Below, one piece after another: positions 16,043 to 24,000 of a stretch of DNA of 24,000 nt. Source of the DNA: an uncultured Eubacteriales bacterium (GTDB lineage: Bacteria > Bacillota > Clostridia > Peptostreptococcales > Anaerovoracaceae); contig UQXL01000003.1 of assembly GCA_900545135.1 (NCBI GenBank), positions 84,938 through 108,937 of the forward strand. Reading direction: 5' to 3'. Position 1 is the stretch's first letter. The number at the start of each line of letters is the position of its first letter. Made by a program: the position numbers and the translations under genes. Under the pieces are notes generated by a model, which was given only the letters and a program-made list of their open reading frames with translations, did not search any database and had not been told where the DNA came from.

Positions 16043-17992
16043 TTAATAACTTTCTTTTATTTCGCCGTGTTTGAACGCTTCCACCAGACTTCTCAAGTCC
16101 TCGACTTTTTCCACCAGCTGAGCGCCTTGATCAGTGTCCAGAATCAAGAGACGTTCAGGCATGGTTTCTACTGTCATCATGACAGGCGAGTGGAATTCCT
16201 GAGTACCGTCGGGCTTTAGCGGGCTGAAAGGCTTGTGTTCAGCCAGAGCCATGAAACGTGAATTGAATATAAACGTATATCCGGCAATTCCCGTCTGCTT
16301 CTGATAAGCTTTGGAAATGCCGCCGTCTATGACATACAGAAGTCCGCCGCCTTTTATCGGCGATTCTCCGTCCTTTATCTTGACAGGTACGTGGCCGTTG
16401 AGGATCTTGGCGTTGCTCGGATCAAGGCCGAATTCACGTATGATCTTCTCGCACGTCTCACGATTATTTATCAGCTTATAATAAGGTCGTGTGAATTCCT
16501 TATGCGTGCTCTTGTCGGCTATAAACAGTCTCTCGAAAGTAGTCATCTTCTCTTTGCCGAAGAGAGGCGAATCACCACCCAGCCACAGATACCACATCAG
16601 ATCGCCAGGATATACGGTCTCGTCGGCCTTGTCAGGAGAATAATAGGCTTTGCGCACCTGATCGTCCAGATAGTCCATAAGAGCCTTTCCTTTCAGCTTG
16701 GCGCTGCCCAGATCTACTTCCTGAAAATTCCCCTCCTCGTCCATAGGGATACAGCCGTGGTAAAGCAGGTTGCCGTTTACTTTAGTATATAACGCTCCAT
16801 GGCTGTAGAGGAATTTAATATGATTTTGGAGTTTTTCCGAATTGACGAAAGAAGCCGAAATCGCTCTCATGACTTCAGTCTCTTCTTCAGTCAGCTCATA
16901 AGGATTGTTTTCATCAAGGGTAGGAAGATTGGCATCTCTCAGAGGCCACTTTACCCCCTCCACTTCAACGGTGCCCTCTTCAAGGTTTATCTTATCGAGG
17001 AGCAGACGTTTTTCCAGCTTGTATTCAGGATGGGATTTTATTCTCTGGCCTTCTATCTTGAACTGGCAAACGGCTATGGCCTTGTGCATCCTGGCAGCCA
17101 AATCCTCAGGCACCGGGTCGAATTCGTTTCTGTCAAGCATGTGAGGCCTGAAAAATTCACATGGATCATCTCCATAGACTTTTTCCGCAAAGGTCGCCAG
17201 AGGCCGCAGATTTATGCCGTATCCCACCTCCAGCATATCGAAATTGTTGTAGCTTATATTCATCCTCAGGACGTTGGCTATGCAGGCCCAGTTTCCTGTA
17301 GCAGCTCCCATCCATACTATATCGTGGTTTCCCCACTGAAAATCCACATCGTGATAATTCATCAGAAAATCCATAATGGTGTCGGGATGCGCGCCTCTGT
17401 CAAATATGTCGCCGATGATGTGCAGCTTGTCTACGGCCAGCCTGCTGATGGCTTCCGTAAGCTCTATTATGTATGTTTCCGCCAGTCCGCACTCAACCAC
17501 GGAATTTATGATCTCGCTGTAATAATATGCTCTGTTGGCTTCGTCGTCCGCGTGGAGCAGCTCGTCTATGCTGTAGTCCATGTACTTTGGAAGCCGCTGT
17601 CTTACCCGGGAACGAGTATATTTGGTCGACACGGATTTGCATATAGTAATTAAACGATAAATTGCCGTGGCGCACCAATCGTCGAAATCTTTCTCGCTTT
17701 TTTTACGTCTCTTGATTTCGGCTTCCGCATTGTATATCAGGGAAGCCAGATCGTCCCGGTCTTTCTCACTCAGTACGGAGCCGTAATGCTCGTCTATCTT
17801 CATCTTGATGGTTCCCGACGCGCTCTTAAGCATGTGAATAAAAGCTTCATGTTCTCCGTGCAAATCGCTGAGAAAATATTCTGTGCCCTTTGGCAGCGCC
17901 AGTATCGCTTTCAGGTTTATGATTTCCGCCGACGCGGCCTCTATGTTTGGATAGTCTTTCGCCAGGCGCTTTAAATATTTGATATCTGCCAT
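16043..17992 (-). CDS. fbp: Fructose-1,6-bisphosphatase class III
   Basis: From MADIKYLKRLAKDYPNIEAASAEIINLKAILALPKGTEYFLSDLHGEHEAFIHML; ...LHIIGDIFDRGAHPDTIMD, WGNHDIVWMGAA. Confidence 0.95.
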   Translation of the reverse strand: MADIKYLKRLAKDYPNIEAASAEIINLKAILALPKGTEYFLSDLHGEHEAFIHMLKSASGTIKMKIDEHYGSVLSEKDRDDLASLIYNAEAEIKRRKKSEKDFDDWCATAIYRLITICKSVSTKYTRSRVRQRLPKYMDYSIDELLHADDEANRAYYYSEIINSVVECGLAETYIIELTEAISRLAVDKLHIIGDIFDRGAHPDTIMDFLMNYHDVDFQWGNHDIVWMGAATGNWACIANVLRMNISYNNFDMLEVGYGINLRPLATFAEKVYGDDPCEFFRPHMLDRNEFDPVPEDLAARMHKAIAVCQFKIEGQRIKSHPEYKLEKRLLLDKINLEEGTVEVEGVKWPLRDANLPTLDENNPYELTEEETEVMRAISASFVNSEKLQNHIKFLYSHGALYTKVNGNLLYHGCIPMDEEGNFQEVDLGSAKLKGKALMDYLDDQVRKAYYSPDKADETVYPGDLMWYLWLGGDSPLFGKEKMTTFERLFIADKSTHKEFTRPYYKLINNRETCEKIIREFGLDPSNAKILNGHVPVKIKDGESPIKGGGLLYVIDGGISKAYQKQTGIAGYTFIFNSRFMALAEHKPFSPLKPDGTQEFHSPVMMTVETMPERLLILDTDQGAQLVEKVEDLRSLVEAFKHGEIKESY

Positions 17993-18152
17993 ATTTTTTC
18001 CTTTCCCGAAAAGCGGCCGTCTGCTGAAAGCACGCCTTTCATCTCTTTTATAATACAATAGAGCTCATGGCAAAATCAAGGTGAAATATGATTATACGCC
18101 GCGTGCCTTGTTGATTTTTTCCGCAGCTGCCAGCACGCATCTCTCGGCTGCC

Positions 18153-18200
18153 AGCTCACATCTACCTGCGGCTGTCAACTCACATCTACCTGCGGCCGTC
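18153..18200. repeat. 2 x 24 bp tandem repeat, with a degenerate third copy at about 18132-18152, abutting the spoIID 3' end
   Basis: AGCTCACATCTACCTGCGGCTGTC / AACTCACATCTACCTGCGGCCGTC. Confidence 0.85.
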
Positions 18201-19185
18201 AGTGAACTTCGGTTCCTGTATAATAGTGACTCAGTATTTCCTTATATCCGCTGCCCTCTTTCGCCATGCCGTCCGCTCCGTATTGGCTCAGCCCCACGCC
18301 GTGGCCGAATCCGTCGGAAGTAAAGATTATCCTGCTCCCGTCGCCGCTGAAACTTATGGAAAACAAAGCGGAACTGAGACCGAGGGCATTTCTTATTTCA
18401 GTGCCTTTGAACGATGCTTCGCCGACCTGCATCTTCTCCACTCTGCCGCCGTCGGTGCGTGAAATTATCTCTATCGACGAGGCAGAGACGCTGACTAAAG
18501 TTCTGTCCGGATATGCTTTGGCAAGCAGAGTCTTTATCTCTTCGAGAGAAAACTCTTTTTCCTCGTTCTGGTGGCTGGCGTTTTCCTCATATGGGCTGGA
18601 AACGCTCACAAGATAAGGATAAGCTCCTGTAAACACGTCTTCGGAATTTTCTGTTTGTCCGCCGCTGGAACTGAAAAAAAGCGGCTGAGTGACCAGTTCT
18701 CCGTCGTAATACAGAAGTTCTCCCTCGGTCGCCTCACACGCTTTTCTGACTTTTTTAAATCCGCTCTCCTCCCAGCCGTCCTCATGTATTTCTATCAGCT
18801 TATCTTCGCTTTTATATGCCTGACAGTGGGTCGTATCGCACAGGGGCGCGTCCGGGTGAGACTCGGGCCTTTTTTCGTCATATTTGAGTATTTTAGCCAT
18901 GGCGTAAGTTCTGGCCGCTACTGACTGAGCTTTCAGAGCCTCTTCGTCGAATGTCGACGGCATCTCGCTGGCGGTGACACAGGCTACGTATTCCTCAAAG
19001 TCTATTTCCTCTGCCTTTCCCTCCCCCGAAATCCACACGCTGACCGTTTCAGGCGTATCTACCTTGCCTGAAAAAACATCTTCCTCAGGTTTGCTCTCTT
19101 CCTGCCCGGCAAACAGCCCCAAAACAAGAGGAATACCTACAATAAAAAAGAGGGCCAAGAGCACTGCCGGTATAACTTTTCTCAT
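18199..19185 (-). CDS. spoIID: Stage II sporulation protein D (SpoIID), septal peptidoglycan lytic factor
   Basis: VACVTASEMPSTFDEEALKAQSVAARTYAM; THCQAY; VTQPLFFSSSGGQTENSEDVF; GFGHGVGLSQYGADGMAKEGSGYKEILSHYYTGTEV. Confidence 0.95.
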   Translation of the reverse strand: MRKVIPAVLLALFFIVGIPLVLGLFAGQEESKPEEDVFSGKVDTPETVSVWISGEGKAEEIDFEEYVACVTASEMPSTFDEEALKAQSVAARTYAMAKILKYDEKRPESHPDAPLCDTTHCQAYKSEDKLIEIHEDGWEESGFKKVRKACEATEGELLYYDGELVTQPLFFSSSGGQTENSEDVFTGAYPYLVSVSSPYEENASHQNEEKEFSLEEIKTLLAKAYPDRTLVSVSASSIEIISRTDGGRVEKMQVGEASFKGTEIRNALGLSSALFSISFSGDGSRIIFTSDGFGHGVGLSQYGADGMAKEGSGYKEILSHYYTGTEVH

Positions 19186-19217
19186 TATTTTGCCTCCTAT
19201 ATACCCTCATTATATGT

Positions 19218-19240
19218 AAAAAGCGGTGAATTATCACCGC
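19218..19240 (-). terminator. Terminator downstream of murA
   Basis: Minus strand GCGGTGA-TAAT-TCACCGC then TTTTT. Confidence 0.8.
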
Positions 19241-19296
19241 TTAGTCTGTCGATTTTCATCGTTTGCTTTTAATATGACGATTTTCTATATCGTTTT

Positions 19297-20568
19297 TCAA
19301 TCATCTACTTTTTTAATGTCTGCCCCGAGTTCGGCAAATTTTTCTATGAATTTTTCATAGCCTCTTTCAATATGATAGATTTCTGATATTTCAGTCTGCC
19401 CTTCAGCTACAAGCCCGGCAAGTACCATCGCGGCTCCGGCTCTGAGGTCTGTCGCTATAACGCTGCAGCCTCTAAGCTTGGTATTTCCTTTTATCGAAGC
19501 CCTGTTGCCAGCCGTCTCAATGCTGGCGCCCATCTTTCCCAGCTGGGATACGTGCATGAACCGGTTCTCGAATACTGTCTCTATGACTGTGCTCGTGCCG
19601 TCTACAGTGGTCAGATAAGCCATGAACGGAGACTGGATATCTGTAGGAAATCCGGGATAAGGCAGGGTCTTTATATCCGTCGAAATCTGCGGCCCCAGAT
19701 CGCCTCTGACGATTATATCCTCATCGCCTACTTCGATCCTGACTCCGCACTCGCGGAGCTTGGCTATAATCGGCTTGAGGTGATCAGGTTCCACGTTGCA
19801 TACGTGGACCGCACCTTTCGTTATGGCGGCGGCCAGCATAAAGGTTCCCGCCTCTATCCTGTCGGGAATCACAGTGTGCTTCGCGCCGTGGAGCTTCTTG
19901 ACGCCCTCTATCCTTATCGTATCTGTGCCTGCGCCTTTGATCTTAGCGCCCATCTTATTCAAAAAGTTAGCAAGATCGACGATTTCAGGCTCTTCTGCGG
20001 CATTTTCTATATAGGTTGTCCCCTCTGCCAGAACAGCCGCCATCATTATATTTTCCGTCGCTCCTACGCTGGGAAAGTCCAAGTATATTTGATCGCCTAT
20101 CAGGCCTTGTCCTCCGGCTACGGCTTCTACGTATTCGCCGTTTTCATCCTCGCTTATCACAGCTCCGAGGATTTCAAAGCCCTTGAGATGAAGTTCTATC
20201 GGCCTGGCCCCTATGGCGCATCCGCCGGGCAGCGGTATCCTCACCCTGCCTTTTCGCGCAAGCAGAGGACCCATAACCAGTATTGAAGCCCTCATCTTGC
20301 TGACCAAGTCTTTTTCAACTTCCGTTGAATATATGTCTTCAGTGTGTATGGAAATGGTATTTTCACCTATTTCCTCTATATCTGAACCAAGGGATGAAAG
20401 GATTTCTTTCATCAGACTTACATCCCTGAGGCACGGTACCGCGTCAATGATGCATACATCATCGGAAAGAAGAGCCGCAGCCATCAGCGGCAATACCGCG
20501 TTTTTTGCACCACTAATATGCACCTCCCCTTTGAGAGGGCCGCTTTGTTTCACAATATACTTAGCCAA
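19297..20568 (-). CDS. murA: UDP-N-acetylglucosamine 1-carboxyvinyltransferase
   Basis: GPLKGEVHISGAKNAVLPLMAAALL; GRVRIPLPGGCAIGARPIELHL (PEP-site Cys); PDRIEAGTFMLAAA; DLRAGAAMVLAGLVAEG. Confidence 0.97.
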   Translation of the reverse strand: MAKYIVKQSGPLKGEVHISGAKNAVLPLMAAALLSDDVCIIDAVPCLRDVSLMKEILSSLGSDIEEIGENTISIHTEDIYSTEVEKDLVSKMRASILVMGPLLARKGRVRIPLPGGCAIGARPIELHLKGFEILGAVISEDENGEYVEAVAGGQGLIGDQIYLDFPSVGATENIMMAAVLAEGTTYIENAAEEPEIVDLANFLNKMGAKIKGAGTDTIRIEGVKKLHGAKHTVIPDRIEAGTFMLAAAITKGAVHVCNVEPDHLKPIIAKLRECGVRIEVGDEDIIVRGDLGPQISTDIKTLPYPGFPTDIQSPFMAYLTTVDGTSTVIETVFENRFMHVSQLGKMGASIETAGNRASIKGNTKLRGCSVIATDLRAGAAMVLAGLVAEGQTEISEIYHIERGYEKFIEKFAELGADIKKVDD

Positions 20569-20587
20569 TTCAAAAGCCTCCGCAAGA

Positions 20588-20830
20588 CTATAATTTTTTC
20601 ATTTCTTCAATGCATGTTTTGCAGACGTTTTTCCCGTGAATTGAAACCACGTCTTTTACATTTCCGCAGAATACGCATGCCGGCTCGTATTTTTTCAGCA
20701 TTATATATTCTCCGTCTACAAATACTTCCAAAGAGTCCTCGGTCTTTATCCCCAAATTTCTTCTCAGTTCCACAGGGATAACTACTCTTCCCAATGGATC
20801 TACCGGTCTGACAATTCCTGTTGCTTTCAT
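20588..20830 (-). CDS. AbrB family transcriptional regulator with C-terminal CxxC pair
   Basis: MKATGIVRPVDPLGRVVIPVELRRNLGIKTEDSLEVFVDGEYIMLKKYEPACVFCGNVKDVVSIHGKNVCKTCIEEMKKL. Confidence 0.93.
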   Translation of the reverse strand: MKATGIVRPVDPLGRVVIPVELRRNLGIKTEDSLEVFVDGEYIMLKKYEPACVFCGNVKDVVSIHGKNVCKTCIEEMKKL

Positions 20831-20867
20831 TTTTTCGTCCTCCTCTTGTTTCTTTTAGGTGTGTGTG

Positions 20868-21203
20868 TTATTTATCTTTATTAGTCGGTTTTCTTACAAT
20901 TCCGGCAAAGCTGCTCGCTGCATTGACTATACTGGTAATAGCTGCAACTATGCTCTGATTTCCCTTAATTGAATTTACAACCGTTCCAACCGAATCACTT
21001 ACTCCGTCAACTATTTTGTCTATCTTCTGTGCTTTGTCAGCAGCGACTTCGGAAACAATTTTGGCATCGTCCAATACGGAATTGACCTTTGTAAGCGTGA
21101 TGATAGCCTTTCTCGTAAGTGCGATCAAATATATCAATAAAACGATAGCGAGCGCTGCCAGCAATGTCAGCAGAACTCCTTCCCAGGTTATTGTTACTGT
21201 CAT
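20868..21203 (-). CDS. Small membrane-anchored protein, DUF948-like
   Basis: MTVTITWEGVLLTLLAALAIVLLIYLIALTRKAI..., one N-terminal TM then helical tail; GGAGGG before the internal ATG at 21203. Confidence 0.65.
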   Translation of the reverse strand: MTVTITWEGVLLTLLAALAIVLLIYLIALTRKAIITLTKVNSVLDDAKIVSEVAADKAQKIDKIVDGVSDSVGTVVNSIKGNQSIVAAITSIVNAASSFAGIVRKPTNKDK

Positions 21204-21340
21204 AAAATCCCTCCTCATTGGCAACTCATTTTATTATACCCCAAAACTGGAAATTGCTTCAACATTTTTTTGGATTTTACGCATACATTTTATTACAGAT
21301 TGTGTGCTTATGCAATGGTCTTGTGAAAGGAGATTTTGTG

Positions 21341-21913
21341 ATGATGAATTTAATCTGGGCTGTCATATTTATCGCCTCTTTCATATATGCCTGTTTTTCC
21401 GGAAATCTTGCCAGTCTCAACGACGCTCTTACGGAGGGTTCAACTGAGGCTGTGGAGTTTATCCTAGGTCTTGCCGGCATAATGGCCATGTGGAGCGGCC
21501 TGATGGAAATCGCGGAAAGAACCGGCCTCATAAACAAGCTGTCTCGCCTTCTCCTGCCTTTCACCAAACTTCTTTTCCCCTCCCAGAAAGACCCGGAAAC
21601 CATTTCGTCCATAATAATGAGCTTCATGGCTAACATTTTCGGTGCAGGCAACAGTTCAACCGTCTTTGCCCTGCGTACCATGGAAAAGCTGGACGAAGCC
21701 AACAGGCACAGTCCTATCGCCAGCAATGACATGTGCACTTTCGCGGTAGTGAATATGGCTTTTGCCCCCATATTTCCCATAATGGCCATTCAGATCCGCA
21801 GCGACTGCGGTTCTCAGGACCCTTATTCCATAGTCCTGCCGTCCATCATAACAGCCGGTATAACCATTCTCGTATCCGTGCTGGCATGCAAATTTTTTGA
21901 AAGGAGAAGCTAA
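21341..21913 (+). CDS. spmA: Spore maturation protein A
   Basis: MMNLIWAVIFIASFIYACFSGNLASLNDALTEGSTEAVEFILGLAGIMAMWSGLMEIAE...; FMANIFGAGNSSTVFALRTME; AGGAG RBS; stop directly abuts the next ATG. Confidence 0.92.
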   Translation: MMNLIWAVIFIASFIYACFSGNLASLNDALTEGSTEAVEFILGLAGIMAMWSGLMEIAERTGLINKLSRLLLPFTKLLFPSQKDPETISSIIMSFMANIFGAGNSSTVFALRTMEKLDEANRHSPIASNDMCTFAVVNMAFAPIFPIMAIQIRSDCGSQDPYSIVLPSIITAGITILVSVLACKFFERRS

Positions 21914-22441
21914 ATGTCACAGGTCTTCACTTTTCTTTCAGTCGGCTTTCTGCCTGTGATGAGCGCTGTCATCATAGGGTACGGTCTCTGGAAGCGGGCA
22001 CCCATATACGATCTATTCATAGAAGGTGCAAAAAATGGCTTGAAAACGGCTGTAGAAATAATGCCTTTTCTCATAGGCATATTCATCGCCATAAACAGCC
22101 TGACCTCATCCGGCATACTCAACCTGATAGACGTGCTGCTGGCTCCCGTGCTCACCGCCCTCGAAGTCCCGGCCCAGCTCCTGCCTCTGATGTTCCTCAG
22201 AGCCATCTCCGGAAGCGGTTCCATGATAATCCTCCAGGACATACTGGAAAACGTCGGCCCCGATTCCTATGCCGGCCGTGTGGCCTGCGTAATGGCCGGA
22301 GGCTGTGAAACCGTCATATACGTGCTGGCGCTCTACTTTGGCGTTACAAAGGTAAAGCAAATGAGGCACGCTTTTAAAGGTGGCCTCATAGGTTACATAA
22401 CAGGTATGATAGTTTCTATAATTATATGCAGATTCATGTAA
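21914..22441 (+). CDS. spmB: Spore maturation protein B
   Basis: LFIEGAKNGLKTAVEIMPFLIGIFIAINSL; LRAISGSGSMIILQDIL; VMAGGCETVIYVLALYFGVTKVK. Confidence 0.93.
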   Translation: MSQVFTFLSVGFLPVMSAVIIGYGLWKRAPIYDLFIEGAKNGLKTAVEIMPFLIGIFIAINSLTSSGILNLIDVLLAPVLTALEVPAQLLPLMFLRAISGSGSMIILQDILENVGPDSYAGRVACVMAGGCETVIYVLALYFGVTKVKQMRHAFKGGLIGYITGMIVSIIICRFM

Positions 22442-22514
22442 TAGTACGGCATCGTGCACACCTGCGGCGGCGTGCTGCAATGCGGCACCGCAGCATAGCC
22501 ATGCGGCGGCGTGC

Positions 22515-23375
22515 CTATCGCTCGTACGCTTTCAAAATTTCCGGCGTATACTTGCCCTCATCGTCGTAGACCCAGATATTGCTGGGAAATTTCAGCTCAC
22601 TGCCTCCGCCCTTGATCATATGGACTAATAGCATGTTCGGCTCCGCGTCTTTTTTAGGGCTTATGAAGCGGATTTCTTTCGGCTCCAGACCGTTTTCCCT
22701 GCCGAAGCAGCAGATATCCGCCAACCTGAAAGGCCTGTGAATCATAAAAAATTCTCCCTTAGGCTTGAGCAGATGAGAGGCGCAGGCCATAAACTCCCCC
22801 AGACCGGCAGAGGTCTCATGCCTTGCCAGCATCTTAGGCGTTTTGTCATTGGTCAGTCCGCTGCCCCGCTGAAAATACGGCGGATTTGAGACAACCATGT
22901 CTGCTTTTCCCTTGAGCTTTCTGCCCCACTCGCACTCCAAATCACCGAAATTTCCAACATCATCGTTTATAAACGATATGCGTTCTTCCAGTCCGTTGGC
23001 ATCAGCGTTTCTGCAGGCTCTCTCCCAGGAATCCCGTTGAAACTCTATGCCATAGATTTTTTCAGGACAAATCTTATAATCCAATATGATAGGGATTACC
23101 CCGGTACCGGTTCCAAGATCCACCACGGTAGCTGGTTTTTCTCTGCCTTTGCGTCTTTTGGCGGCAAAATCGGCGAGGAGTACAGCGTCTATGCCGTAGC
23201 AGAAATCTTCAGGCTTTTGAATCAGCATTCTTCCACCGAAACCTGTATCGTCTATGCGCTCGCCCTCAAACAGCTCCGGCATGTCACGGCGTTTCCCGGC
23301 GACATCGCAGCTCCCGACGACATCGCAGCTCCCGACGATGCTGGCTTCGTTTCCTGAAAAGTTCATTTTATCCAT
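22515..23375 (-). CDS. tRNA1(Val) A37 N6-methyltransferase (TrmN6/YfiC)-like SAM-dependent methyltransferase
   Basis: RMLIQKPEDFCYGIDAVLLADFA; VVDLGTGTGVIPIIL; ADMVVSNPPYFQRGSG (NPPY motif); FMIHRPFRLADI. Confidence 0.9.
   Translation of the reverse strand: MDKMNFSGNEASIVGSCDVVGSCDVAGKRRDMPELFEGERIDDTGFGGRMLIQKPEDFCYGIDAVLLADFAAKRRKGREKPATVVDLGTGTGVIPIILDYKICPEKIYGIEFQRDSWERACRNADANGLEERISFINDDVGNFGDLECEWGRKLKGKADMVVSNPPYFQRGSGLTNDKTPKMLARHETSAGLGEFMACASHLLKPKGEFFMIHRPFRLADICCFGRENGLEPKEIRFISPKKDAEPNMLLVHMIKGGGSELKFPSNIWVYDDEGKYTPEILKAYER
23301..23336. repeat. 2 x 18 bp perfect tandem repeat inside the 5' end of the methyltransferase CDS
   Basis: GACATCGCAGCTCCCGAC twice; encodes VGSCDV.VGSCDV. 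Confidence 0.9.
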
Positions 23376-23379
23376 AAAA

Positions 23380-24000
23380 TCAATCCTTGATGAGTTCTTC
23401 GATTTCTTTCATGGTATCTTCGTCGACGCCCTCAAAGATGTCCATATTTTTGCTGCTGTCCCTGCGCTTTTCAAAGCGCTTTATTTCCTGCTTTTTATAA
23501 GTATAAATGTCGGATGACAGCTTTTCATCCTGCTCGTCCTGAGCTTCTTCTCCTTTTTTACCTTTCGGTTTTTCGTCGGTATAAAGCCTTACTTTTATGG
23601 TATTTTCGAGAAGATTGGTTTCAACTACCTTGGCCATGCCATCGGGAGTTTTTATCTTTTCTCCCACGTCAGGCATGCCTCTGCGGAATTCCATATATAT
23701 GTCGTTTTCATATTTTAAACAGCACATCAGCCTTCCGCATATCCCGGAAATCTTCGATGGATTCAGAGAAAGATTCTGCACTTTCGCCATCTTTATTGAT
23801 ACCGGCTCAAAATCAGCCAGCCAGCTGTGACAGCAAAGCGCTCTGCCGCAGCTTCCTATGCCGCCCAGCATCTTAGCCTCGTCCCTTACTCCTATCTGCC
23901 TCAGCTCTATGCGCATCTTGAAAACCCCGGCCAGGTCCTTTACCAGTTCTCTGAAGTCCACTCTGCCGTCGGCGGTGAAGTAAAATACTATTTTGCTGTT
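23380..24000 (-). CDS. ricT: PSP1-domain protein RicT/YaaT, truncated at window edge
   Basis: Frame stays open through 24000 (NSKIVFYFTADGRVDFRELVKDLAG...); RIELRQIGVRDEAKMLGGIGSCGRALCC...SGICGRLMCCLKYE. Confidence 0.93.
   Translation of the reverse strand, partial: NSKIVFYFTADGRVDFRELVKDLAGVFKMRIELRQIGVRDEAKMLGGIGSCGRALCCHSWLADFEPVSIKMAKVQNLSLNPSKISGICGRLMCCLKYENDIYMEFRRGMPDVGEKIKTPDGMAKVVETNLLENTIKVRLYTDEKPKGKKGEEAQDEQDEKLSSDIYTYKKQEIKRFEKRRDSSKNMDIFEGVDEDTMKEIEELIKD

Noticed and set aside
18081-18323. Plus-strand ORF with repeated SSHLPAAV motifs
   Set aside because: Product of the 24-bp DNA tandem repeat plus antisense of spoIID.
15201-20286. Many plus-strand ORFs (e.g. 15201-15683, 16799-17653, 19552-20286)
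   Set aside because: All are antisense shadows of well-supported minus-strand genes (fumarate hydratase, fbp, murA).

Overview
This 24 kb window looks like chromosomal DNA from a spore-forming, low-to-mid-GC Firmicute (Clostridia-like, inferred from spoIID, spmA, spmB and a RicT/YaaT homologue). Gene order: a truncated ABC-transporter gene with an upstream MarR regulator; a P-type metal ATPase with a separately encoded HMA domain; a patatin-like phospholipase; two paralogous Cys-rich proteins with InlB/Flg_new-type beta repeats, flanking a MarR/nitroreductase cluster (one nitroreductase is frameshifted) and a small lipoprotein; a MATE transporter; a frameshifted PBECR-like nuclease remnant; tRNA-Arg(ACG) and tRNA-Leu(GAG); a short QueG-like Fe-S protein; a choloylglycine-hydrolase-family enzyme; two-subunit fumarate hydratase; class III fructose-1,6-bisphosphatase; spoIID; murA; an AbrB-type regulator; spmA-spmB; a TrmN6-like methyltransferase; and the edge of ricT. 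I see no CRISPR array, prophage or obvious defence island. The items most worth a second look are the paired Cys-rich-head/beta-repeat proteins, an ArsR/SmtB-style operator pair embedded in a consensus promoter ahead of the HMA/ATPase genes, matching 15-bp-phased TTGAC repeats upstream of both MarR genes, short tandem duplications at gene termini, and the disrupted PBECR-like nuclease. All family assignments come from reading translated sequence; no database search was run.
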